Source of the DNA: Raja brachyura
Taxonomy: Eukaryota
Direction of reading: 5' to 3'
Length of the DNA: 64,000 bases
Assembly: GCA_963514005.1 (NCBI GenBank)
Contig: OY740816.1
Span: 22,630,001 to 22,694,000 of the forward strand
In this document: one piece after another, positions 37,170 to 49,074 of the stretch
How the letters are laid out: each line of letters starts with the position of its first letter
Position numbering within the stretch: position 1 is the first letter of the stretch
Program-made: the position numbers and the translations under genes
The notes under the pieces: generated by a model
What the model saw: only the letters and a program-made list of their open reading frames with translations
Told to the model about the DNA's origin: nothing
The model's database searches: none

Positions 37170-39850
37170 GAAACAAGGAGAAACATAGAAATTAGGTGCA
37201 GGAGTAGGCCATTCAGCCCTTTGAGCCTGCACCGCCATTCAATATGATCATGGCTGATCATCCAACTCATTATCCCGTACCTGCCTTCTCTCCATACCCT
37301 CTGATCCCCTTAGCCACAAGGGCCACACCTAACTCCCTCTTAAATATAGCCAATGAACTGGCCTCAACTACCCTCTGTGGCAGAGAGTTCCAGAGACTCA
37401 CCACTCTCTGTGTGAAAAAAGTCTTTCTCATCTCGGTCTTAAAGGATTTCCCCCTTATCCTTAAGCTATGACCCCTTGTTCTGGACTTCCCCAACATCGG
37501 GAACAATCTTCCTGCATCTAGCCTGTCCAATCCCTTAAGAATTTTGTAAGTTTCTATAAGATCCCCTCTCAATCTCCTAAATTCTAGAGAGTATAATCTG
37601 AGTCTATCCAGTCTTTCTTCATAAGACAGTCCTGACATCCCAGGAATCAGTCTGGTGAAGTCAACCTTCTCTGCACTCTCTCTATGGCAATAATATCCTT
37701 CCTCAGATTTGGAGACCAAAACTGTACATAATACTCCAGGTGTGGTCTCACCAAGACCCTGTATAACTGAAGTAGAACCTCCCTGCTCCTATACTCAAAT
37801 CCTTTTGCTATGAAAGCTAACATACCATTTGCTTTCTTCACTGCCTGCTGCACCTGCAAGCCTACTTTCAATGACTGGTGTACCATGACACCCAGGTCTC
37901 GCTGCATCTCCCATTTTCCTAATCGGCCACCATTTAGATAATAGTCTGCTTTCCTGTTTTTGCCACCAAAGTGGATAACCTCACATTTATTCACATTATA
38001 CTGCATCTGCCAAACATTTGCCCACTCACCCAGCCTATCCAAGTCACCTTGCAGTCTCCTAGCATCCTCCTCACAGCTAACACTGCCTCCCAGCTTAGTG
38101 TCATCCGCAAACTTGGAGATATTGCCTACAATTCCCTCATCCAGATTATTAATATATATTGCAAATAGCTGGGGTCCCAGCACTGAGCCTTGCGGTACCC
38201 TACTAGTCACGGCCTGCCTTTGTGAAAAGGACCCGTTTACTCCTACTCTTTGCTTCTTGTTTGCCAGCCAGTTCTCTATCCACATCAATACTGAACCCCC
38301 AATACCGTGTGCTTTAAGTTTGTATACAAATCTCTTATGTGGAACCTTGTCGAAAGCCTTCTGGAAGTCCAGATACACCACATCCACTGGTTCTCCCTTA
38401 TCCACGCTACTAGTTACATCCTCAAAAAATTCCACAAGATTCGTCAGACATGATTTACCTTTTGTAAATCCAAGCTGACTTTGTCCAATGATTTTACCAC
38501 TTTCCAAATGTGCTGCCATCCCATCTTTAATAAGTAAGTCTAGCAGATTTCCCACTATCGATGTTAGACTAACTGGTCTGTAATTCCCCGTTTTCTCTCT
38601 TCCTCCCTTCTTAAAAAGAGGGGCTACGTTTGCTACCCGCCAATCCTCAGGAACTACTCCAGAATCTAAAGAGTTTTGAAGATTATCACTAATGTATCCA
38701 CTATTTCCGGAGCTACTTCCTTAAGTACTCTGGGATGCAGCCTATCTGGTCCTGGGGATTTATCGGCCTTTAATCCATTCAATTTACCCAACACCACTTC
38801 CCAATTAACCTGGATTTCACTCAATTCCTCCTTTGACCCGCGGTCCCCTGTTATTTCCGGCAGATTATTTATGTCTTCCTTAGTGAAGACGGAACCAAAG
38901 TAGTTATTCAATTGGTCCGCCATATCCTTGTTCCCCATGATCAACCCACCTGTTTCTAACTGCAAGGGACCTACATTTGTTTTAACTAATCTCTTTCTCT
39001 TCACATATCTATAAAAACATTTGCAGTCAGTTTTTATGTTCCCTGCCAGTTTTCTTTCATAATCTATTTTTCCTATCCTTTTTCCCCCCCTCATGTGCCG
39101 CAGAGCCACCCATGGTGCCATGAACTTGGCTGCTGCTGCATTCCCCTGATGAGCCATCTCCCTCAACAGTATCTAAAATGGTATACCTGTTTAGGAGGGA
39201 GATTTTTTTTTTTTTTTTTTTTTTTTTAATTTCAAAATAGACTTTATTCAAGTAATAAATATTTACAATACATCAACCGTGCGAAATTAGGAGGGAGGAG
39301 GGAGATGACCGCAGGGGACTCCTGCACTTCCTGCCTAATGCTTTTCTGGCTATTGGCCACCCGTTCCCTTTCTGTCCTCTTACCTTTTACCTGTGGTGTG
39401 ACCACAGGTCACTGTACGTGCTATCCACGACTTTCGTGGATGCTCCAGTATGAATCCAGCCGCAGTTCCAATCGTTCAATGCGATCTTCCAGGAGCTGCA
39501 GCTGGACACACTTCCTGCAAACGTACTCACCAGGGACACCGACAATATCCCTGATCTCCCACATGTTGCAGGCTGAGCAAACCATGGGGCCAATCTCTAC
39601 TGACTCTTACTCCCAAATTACTCTGTATTAAATATTAAAAAACACAAAAACTTATCCTTTAACTTCTAACACAAAAACGTATCCTTTCAACTTTACTAAT
39701 AAATACTGAATCCTTAACTCCCAGAATCCTTAAACCTGAAGGCAGAAATGTAACAATTGTAAACCCGGGGTTGCACCCAATCAGCTGCTTCCTCTGGTCC
39801 TCTTCCACCAATCAGAGGCTTCACCAGATTCCTTCTCTGGAAGTGAGATT
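37170..39850 (-). mobile_element. CR1 (HER1-like) LINE with ORF1 remnant and ORF2 RT, internally deleted
   Basis: KSPGPD, GFTKGKSCLTNL, YLDFQKAFDKVPH, PQGSVLGPQLF, KFADDTK, RPHLEY; Cys-rich ORF1 start near 39400-39600. Confidence 0.93.
39202..39286 (-). mobile_element. Very short poly(A)-tailed L1/Tx1-type 3' end inserted in the CR1
   Basis: Long A tail, AATAAA, 11-bp TSD TTAGGAGGGAG (39191-39201, 39287-39297). Confidence 0.8.
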
Positions 39851-41350
39851 CACCAGATTCCTTCTCTGGAAGTGAGATTTAATGCAAGGTAAAGCCAGTA
39901 AAGTTCGATCAAAGATAGTATTGAACCCCCTGACACACACATTTATTGTATTTTATTGTATTGTCCTCCATATGACATTGCCCAGGCTTGCATCCGACCA
40001 CACATCAGCTGCAAACTTGGATGCATCACCCATGATCATTTATTGTACACATTGTGGCAAACACATTTTAATAGTTCAAATCCTGATATGTTTGACAGAC
40101 TAATCTGGACAAACAAATTTAGCAGAGTAAATTCCAAAACACACATTTAACGATTCAGAACAGATTTAAGTGACATGTGGCCCATTATGGCTTAATTCTA
40201 CTCCAAATTGTTTCAACATTTTTTAGAATGGAACATATAATAGAATGGTATTCTCCCTAAATTGCAAAAATAAGTGGAATCATTTTATTGGACCTAGAGC
40301 CCATTTCTTCCCTCTTTTTCCCAGCGATTTAAACTTCCTGATGGGAAAAGTGTCATGTGCTCTTCCTTTCAACCAATTCAGCTGAGGTTAGCATGTTGAT
40401 ATGTGACGAATGGATGGTTTAAATCTGCAGATAGACACAAAATGCTGGAGTAAATCAGTGAGACAGGCAGCATCTCTGAAGAGGAGGAATGGGTGACGTT
40501 TCAGGTCGAGACAACAATAATCTCAACTAATCAGTAATGTTTATAGATTATTGATTTCGGCAGCAAACAGTCGCAATACTATTTTCTCGGATGGTTATAT
40601 GTGGGCAGGTGCTATAGACCTGCATGGGAAGGTAGACGCTCCAGCCCCCTTGAGTCTCCTGCGACGGCGCTGGTGCCAAACTGTAACGGCCCTGCTGTTC
40701 CTTTGGATCAATCAGCGACGTGGAGAGGGTGGAACGTGCTGCATGGGCAACAGCCTGTCCTCCATATGACATTGCCCAGGCTTGCATCCGACCACACATC
40801 ACTTGCAAACTTGGATGCATCACCCATGGTCAATCATGACCGAAGGGGGCCTACATTAATATCAATCTCCACTCAGCATTGAACAGGGATGTATCCCTCC
40901 ACGACTGTCAGGTTTGTTCTTCCATCTCATCCAACTAATCCCATTTCTCTTCACTTTCTCATGCAACTGTAAGTGCATTGACTGGGCCTCTTCATCTCTT
41001 TCTAGATCCAGGGTCCCAAAAGGTCCCTGAAGCTGAAGAAGCAATTACTTTGGGTTTCTTCCCGTTTTAGGGTACTTTGTTCATTACTCACCATGTGGTT
41101 TCTTTGACTTTGAAGAAGTGAAGCCTATGATCGACACAAAAGTCTGGAGTAACTCAGTGAGTCAGACAGCATCTCTGGAGAAAAGGAATAGGTGACATTT
41201 TGGGTCGAGACCTTTCTTCAGACGGAGAAGTCATGGGGGAAAGTGAAACGAGAGATATAGATGGTAATATAGAGAGAAATAGAAAAAATGAATGAAAGAT
41301 ATGCAAAAAAGTAATGATGATAAAGGAAAGAGGCCATTGTTACCTGTGTG

Positions 41351-42401
41351 TAGCAATGTTACAAAATTTTGAGATTTAAAAAATCAAGTCTGCAATTTAT
41401 CCCATCAGATAAAGCATAAAAATAAGTTTAATTTGACACCTAATTCACTTTCATATCTTCAGTATTAAAAAAGTTAGGGCCATTTTCGTACTCGGAAATT
41501 AGCAACTTGCTTCCTATTGCTTTTCTATTGACTTGTCACAAAAGTTGTGATCGAGGACAGTCAAAAGCCCATAACTTCCTTAAAATTTAAGAGAACTGAA
41601 AGAAATTTTCAGTTATTATAGATTGAAGTATTCTGAAACAAATATGAAACAATCTCACTTGGATGACCTGAAATTAAAGCATATAATTAGTTAGTTACCC
41701 AATTGTAGCCAATTACAAAATTCAATTACTAGATCTAAACATTTATCAATTTCTTAAGAAAAAATTAAAAAAAAATTTAAAGCCTAAGTGTCCAATTAAC
41801 AGTCACACAATAATTCACAATAAAACATGATTTTTAAATCTAATTGTCATTAATTTATAGGCCAAATTGAAGGAATTCAGTGTTTAATGCCTGTAAATTA
41901 ATGGGCATTTTAAACAGCTTGCGAGTGGGATTTTCTGGAACGCGCTGTTTGGAACGTTGCAGTTGCGGTGAATTTAAACCCCATATCAGCAGGAAATTTT
42001 CTGACAGTTCATATGGGGGCTAAATCACCGTTTCGCAACATGAAATATTGATTAAAGTCCCCTAAAAAAGCAAGTTTATATGTAAAAATAAACAGCTTTC
42101 ACTTATCTGTCCCCTACGTAAAATCGGTCCCCGTTGTCGGCGTTCACGGCATTGGGAGCTAATTTTTATTTTACTGCAGCAATTAAATAGTCGGACGATT
42201 TATTTAAAAAACGGACTTACCGGCAGTCGGAACGAATCTCCAAAAATAGCTCGCACTCCGAGAAAATAAAGCTCCGGATTGCAAGGGCAAAACCGCATTT
42301 CAACCCCGCCCCCCCCCCCCCCCCTTAAAGGCGCCAAAGTCGCGCACACAGCCAGCGGCAGAACTCCAGTACTGCTAAAGGTAAGTTTTGTAACATACCT
42401 A
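41351..42401. mobile_element. Non-autonomous TIR DNA transposon, superfamily unresolved; related truncated copy at 46411-47300
   Basis: Termini TAGCAATGTTACAAAA and TTTTGTAACATACCTA. 7-bp direct repeat CTGTGTG on both sides. Interrupts Penelope sequence. Confidence 0.8.
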
Positions 42402-42404
42402 CTG

Positions 42405-42640
42405 TGTGTTCTATTGGGTTATCACTTTGCAGAACACATCCAATCAGTTTACAAAGGTTACCCCATGCTTGCAGTTACCTGTCACTTTAATTCTCTATCC
42501 AAAGCCACCATTGGCCTCTCTGTCTTGCTCTTCTACATGTTCAGTGAAGCTGAACTTAAGTTCAAGGAACAGTGTCTCATCTTCTGTCTTGGCATAATGC
42601 AGGTCTTGTGACTTAATAACAAATTCATCAATTTTAGATG
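42405..42640 (+). mobile_element. Degenerate Penelope GIY-YIG endonuclease fragment
   Basis: LGYHFAEHIQSV...VTCHFNS...EQCLIFCLG parallels the ORF at 62962-63234. Confidence 0.75.
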
Positions 42641-44999
42641 AACCAGCTTTTCCTGTTTATTCAACACTAGCCAGTTCTTTCACTACTGCATCCACATTAA
42701 CTCAGTTTCTCTCTTTCTGCAGATGGTACCTGATTTGGAGTATTTCTAGCATTCTCTTTTATTTCAGATTCCCAGCAACTGCTGTGTTTGCATTTCAAAG
42801 TTCAATTATTCCTTTACTTTCTTTCCACTGTCTTTCTCTTTCATCTTTCTCTTTCTAGACAGATCAACGATGATTAATAAGCATACATTAATTTCTCTTT
42901 CATGGCATCAACAGTGTCTGTATCACCTGGGCAACCTTGATCTCCACCCTATTATAGACATTCCCTTTGTTTTCTCCATGTCTTCTCTGCTCTGCAACTT
43001 AGAACTCGTTTTTTCCCCCTCATTTTCTCCAGTGCTACTAAAAGATCATCGAACTGAAATGTTTATGGGTTCCAGAGATGCTGCCTGACTTGCTGAGTAA
43101 ATCCATCATTTCCTGTTTTATTAAGATAACGCAGTACCAGAAAACCACTGAGACCTCTCTCACTCATGGGGATTTATTGTTCAACCTTTCCCAGATTAGA
43201 TTCATCAACATTGATTTCAGTCATAAGGGTCCTTTGAATAGAGTACGAGGGGTGGTTACAGGAATTGACTTTGGGCTCCTGACTGATGCCTGGAGCCAAA
43301 TACCTGTATTCACCTATCACTTGCCAGGTGTTTATTCCACCCCACCTATTTAGCAGCTTTCTCTCCCTTACTACAATGAGTCTGATGAAGGGTCCCAACC
43401 CAAAATGACGTTGATCCATGTCTTCCAGAGATGCTACCTGACCCGCAAAGTTACTCCTGCACATTGTGTCTCTTATTGTAAACCAGCATCCACAGATGTT
43501 TGTGTTTCTATGGCATCTTCAGCTCAATGTGCTGACATTGCACCAGATAGTTTGGATTAATTGTAAACTCTGTAAACTCTTGAACTATTTGATACCAAGA
43601 CTGATCTTGAGTTGCAGATTGGTTGCCTTGGTGCAATTGTTTGAGAAAAAGTAAAATATGAGACAGCCTCTCGAAATCCAAATGCTGATTTAGGTCACAT
43701 TTAAACTATACTTGTACAAGCTTAGATTCATTTAGATTAGTTTAGTTTATTGTCACGTGTACTGAGATGCAGTGAAAAGCTTTTGTGCGTGCTAACGAGT
43801 CAACGGAAAGACTATACATGATTACAATTGAGCCATCTGTAGAGATACATGGTAAAGGGAATAGCGTTCAGCGCAAGATAATGTCCAGTGAAGTTCAACT
43901 TAAAGATAATCTGAGGGTCTCAAGTGAGGTAGATAGTAGCTCAGGACTGCTCTCTAGTTGTTGACAGGATGGTTCTATTGCAGCGTATCTCCTTTGCAAG
44001 TAACTGACTACAAGCTTACATTTCACAGTTCTTTTGATTTTTCTGACTTCCTACCTGTTTTTACTTGTCTTTTACCAAATTCTTTCCCCTATCAGATTTT
44101 AGCATTTTTTTAAAAGCCTCTGCATATTCTCAATGCTTCTATTTATAAACGGACAGAGTAATAACAAAGAGTGTTTGATTTTATGAGGAGAAATGTTTTT
44201 TCATTCACTTTAAACAGAATTCCAATAAAGGAAAAGATACAATCAATAAACCACCCTATCAATATGTCTCTATACCAAATATCTGGTCATTTTTTTAAAC
44301 AGTAAAATTATTAAAATATTTTGTTGAATTTTGTGTTGCCATTTATCTAAAATGTTGTACACAATCTAATCAGATCTTTCTTAGTGAACCTAAAGCAAAT
44401 ATATTAACAGAAATATATATTTTACAGTGTGGAGCTAATATCATATGCGTGTATTCTTGAAGCCTCAAGTAATGTCTATAATTTACACAGAAAACATTTA
44501 TGAATAGTGTTGTTCTACAATTAATACAGAACAATGGCCCTGACCCTGCAGAGACTGGCACATAACATATGGTCTTATTGTTAATACAAATCAATTTAGA
44601 ATGAAACTCCATTAGTCTATTTCAATTTGTCATTCTTTGAGCTGCCGGTGAATTAGAATGACACCTTAATGCAGGGCCGGCCTTAGGAGGTGTGGGGCCC
44701 AATTGAGAACAATTTTCACAGAAATATAAAATAAATATCACAACAGTTACGTGTCATGAGTAATATGATAGTCAGTCAGCTTTAAAAAAATCTTAAACCG
44801 CGCATGCGCATATTGTTCTCTCCGTAAAAATAAAAATAAAAATAAAGTAACAATTCAATTTGCCCAAGGCTTCCAAACCTCCTTCTTTCTGAATTACTGA
44901 ATGGGTGGGGGGTGGAGGGTGACGGCAGGTGGAAAGATGGTTGGAAAAACGGGAGCACACCGGGACAACATGAATCAGGTGTCATCTTATTGAATATCA

Positions 45000-45597
45000 A
45001 ACTTAGAAAGGGATCAATTACTCACGACAGCACAAAGAACTTTCATAGATTATAGTTTAATAATTGGTAAAAAATTAATTTTACAATTTTGGAAAGGCCC
45101 CATACCCCCTACAATCAAATTGTGGATTTCAGGAATGGCGGAGACTTTACACTTGGAAAGAATAAGACTTGCACTTTTAGGCAAGTTAGACCAATTTAAT
45201 GTGATTTGGTCTCCATTCCTTGAATATCTTAAGGGATCAATATGACTCGGTTTGTGGACCTGATCGAGACCTGAACGAAGGATTGGACGAAGAATAATAC
45301 ATTATTGATCACGGATATATTATTATATAAATATTGTTTGTATAATATACCACTGTCATTTTATTTACTTTTTTCTTTTGGTTATTTTATAACTATCTTT
45401 ATGTTAATCATTTTTCACACTTTCCTACTTTTCACTATATAAAAAAACTACAATAAAATGTTTAGAAGTATATATAAGAAAACATGGTAATTATTACCTA
45501 TCTCTTTATCAAGAACGTTGTTTTTATATGTACTTATACTTGTACTTATACCTGTACTTATACTTCTAATAAAAAATATTCAACAAAAAAAAAAGAA
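45000..45597 (+). mobile_element. L1/Tx1-type LINE 3' end
   Basis: WISGMAETLHLERIRL...WSPFLEYL C-terminal remnant, AT-rich UTR, AATAAA and A-rich tail. Confidence 0.7.
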
Positions 45598-48500
45598 TAT
45601 CAAAACTAGTTCTAGGGACCAATTGGTGGGAGAGTTCCTTTCACAGCGTGTGGGGAGTCTAGCCAAGGGGTAAAGTTGCGGGGAGGGCGGGAGCGTTGAG
45701 AAGGAGGGGGTCGGATTCATGCCAGTAACCCACTCACTCACCGCTGCCGCGGGGCTCCGGGCGCGGAGCCACCGCATTGTGGCCGGGTAGAGAAACAGCT
45801 CGTGTGGCTACAAGCGGCCGCCATTACTGGACAGCGGAAATGACTGCCTACTCAGCGCCTTCTGCCGGCCCGCTCACCTCTGGCAGTGCTCTCCGTCTGA
45901 ACAGTGAGGGGACCAGCTCAAGAGCAAAGATCATAGAGCGGAGTGGGTCAGCGGGTGATGGATAACATCACGGCGGGAGATGGAGCTTACTCCTGTGTCA
46001 GCGCGTATAAGGGATCAATTAAGGTTAATCGCCCTGACATATGGAGTAAGCTCCACCGCCCGCTGTCCTGTTATCCATCGCCCGCTGACCCGCTCTTGAG
46101 CTGGATGCTGGCATGATCTCTGACCGCCTCCTTCTCAATGCTCCTGCCCTCCCCGCAACTTTACCCCTAGACAGACTACCCACACGCTGTGAAAGGAAAT
46201 CCTCCCCCCCCGTCCAGCAGCGCTGTCCCCTTTTACAGCCACTTCCCACTTTACAGCCGCTTCCCATCAACTGCTAGCAATGAGGGATAGACTTGGCTAT
46301 CCCTCAGAACAGCAACATCGTTCTTGATGTTGCTGTACTGAGGGATAACGAAGTCTATCTTTCTTGACTAACAACCTAACCTTCGGCCTCCAAGATGCTG
46401 GTACATTTTCTAGCAATGTTACAAAATTTTGAGATTTAAAAAATCAAGTCGGCAATTTATCCCATCAGATAAAGCATAAATAGACGTTCAATTTGACACC
46501 TGATTCACTTTCATATCTTCAGTATTAAAAAAGTTATGGTCATTTTCATACTCGGAAATTAGCACATTGTTCCCTATTGCTATTCCCTATTTTCATACTC
46601 GGAAATGAGCTAATTTCGGAGTATGAAAATGGTGTGATCGAGGGCAGTCAAAAGCCCATAACGTTCTTAAAAATTAAGAGAACTGAATGAAATTTTCAGT
46701 TATTATAGATTGAGGCATTCTGAAACAAATATACATTCTACTTGGATGACCTGAAATTAAAGCATATAATTAGTTAATTACCTAATTGTAGCTAATTACA
46801 AAATTGACCGTTGTGACGGAAATAGTAATAAACACCCAGACTGCCTTGAAAATTCAAAAATGTGATATTCTCAAGATCAGAACTTTAATATTATTGTATT
46901 ATATGTTGTAAGTCTGTAACAGATAGGTAAATAAATTTCAATTTCTAGCAATAGATCAAGTCTTTATGGAGAAGATCAGTTGCTAGCTGGAACATTGCCA
47001 TATCATAATCAGTAGCATCATCATACTCCTTAGATTATAACCAATAAACAACTCTGCACACCTTGTTTTTCCTCAACTTTTCAATTTTGGCATTGTAAAC
47101 TACAAGTTTTTGCTCTTCAAACCACGTATGACATGCCTTTCTGACCACTACTTTCCCATTAAGCATGTCCTGTAGATTCCATTTCTTAAGAAACGGATAA
47201 TTTTTAAAAATAGCCTAAGTATCCAAATAACAAACTAATCCCATTCACACAAGAAAATAACATGATTTTTAAATCTCACTGTCATGAATTTATATGCCAG
47301 ATCAGTGATGTAAGTGGGTTTTCGTAAGTGGGAACTCGGGGTACGCTAAGGTCCGTGAGGCTGAGGTTGGGAAGGAAAGGGGTGGGGGGGGGGGGGGGGG
47401 TGGTAAACTCTATAAGCCCCCCCATGAGAAATTTTATCTAACTCTGAAATTGAAGATAGACAAAAGCTGGAGTAGCTCAGCAGGACAGGCAGCTACTCCA
47501 GGGTATTTTCTCCAGAGCGACTCTGGAGAGAAGACCCTTCTTCAGACTGAACTGAACACTCATCGGTGAGAGTACTTGTGATTGTCTGAAGAAGGCTCTG
47601 GACCAGAAACGCAACCCTCTCCCCAGAGCCCCTGCCCGTCCCGCTGAGTCACCACAGACAGGGAGTTGAAGGTAGACACAGGGGGATCCACCTTCAACTT
47701 CAGAGCCAAACAAAAAATACAGAGTGCTGGAGGAACTCAGAGGGCAAGGCAGCACCCCCGGAGGGAATATATCACTTATCAGGAGCCGCCACGGGCCAGG
47801 ACTCTTCCCCCCCCACCCCAACAGAAAGGAACCGCAGATGCAGCCATCACCGCAAAAACGTCTAAGGAACTGCAGATGCTGGAAAATCGAAGGTAGACAA
47901 AAATGCTGGAGAAACCCAGTGGGTGTGAAGCCCTGTTCCATTGTGCAAGTTCTCCCAAGAGTTTTCCCGAGTTAAAAAAAAATCAAAACTCGTGATAAGC
48001 ACGTAGATTGAACATAGCGGGTACGTTGGAGCTCAGGACGTTTCTTAGCGCTAACGGCAGGTACTCGGGAAATGTGGTAACTCGTGAAGATTTTTCAACA
48101 TGTTGAAAAATGTCCACGAGTAAAATATATTCGGAATGTAAAAAGTAGATACTTTTTAACGTTGTCATACCGTAGCAGCTCGCGCGTTTACCATAGTAGG
48201 ACCTGGTGTCCTATACCACTATTGTATGTTCATGATGGAAATAAGAATACTCAGTATATTCATTACCTTGAATTGTAGTTTCATGTAATCCTCCCATAAT
48301 TTCTGAGTTCCATTTCACAATATCTATCAGACATATAGATTGTTGCAAGGTAATATTTCGCCCAAACTCAGTTGTATCTTTCTATCTCAATAAATATCAC
48401 AAAATATGCCATTGTTTCATCCACATTATGACAAAATATAGAATGTAGGTTATTTGTAATCAGTCACCCCATCCCAGAAACAACAGTACTTAAAGAAGAA

Positions 48501-49074
48501 CATTTGTTTTACCAATTTACAAGCATGTATCATACATAGTCCGTTGATCCATCTCCAACAAAATGTTGTGTTAATTGCATAAAAGGCATTATTGTCTTTT
48601 GATGTGGAATGATAATCCATCTCAGTACTCATTTAGGCAAGTGCCAAGCTATTGATACTTTTCCCCCACCCCCAATCCCCCTCGCCCGATCTTCATTGAA
48701 CCTACCATTTGACTAATCTTTTACTCCGCTGCTGTAACATTTCCGTCCTATCAAAATCTCTGTGTAGCATCTCTGTCCCTATCTTCATATTCCTACTTTG
48801 AAATAAAATACAACTTTCGACTTAAAAATGTTGCAGCAGGATCGCTATATAAATGCAAATATATGGTATTTTATCCTAATCCCCCCCCCCCCCCCCCCCC
48901 CACACTCCCTTACCACCACACAAGAAGCGTAACTTGAAGCATTTGCATTAGGTGAAGCTCGATGCAGGACCAGGAATGAAAATTAATAGCTATGAATCGA
49001 TTAACAGGGAGCTACGAGGTTAGATTGAAACACCTGTCAGAGGGTTAAGAAACAATCATGAGTTGACGGCATAA

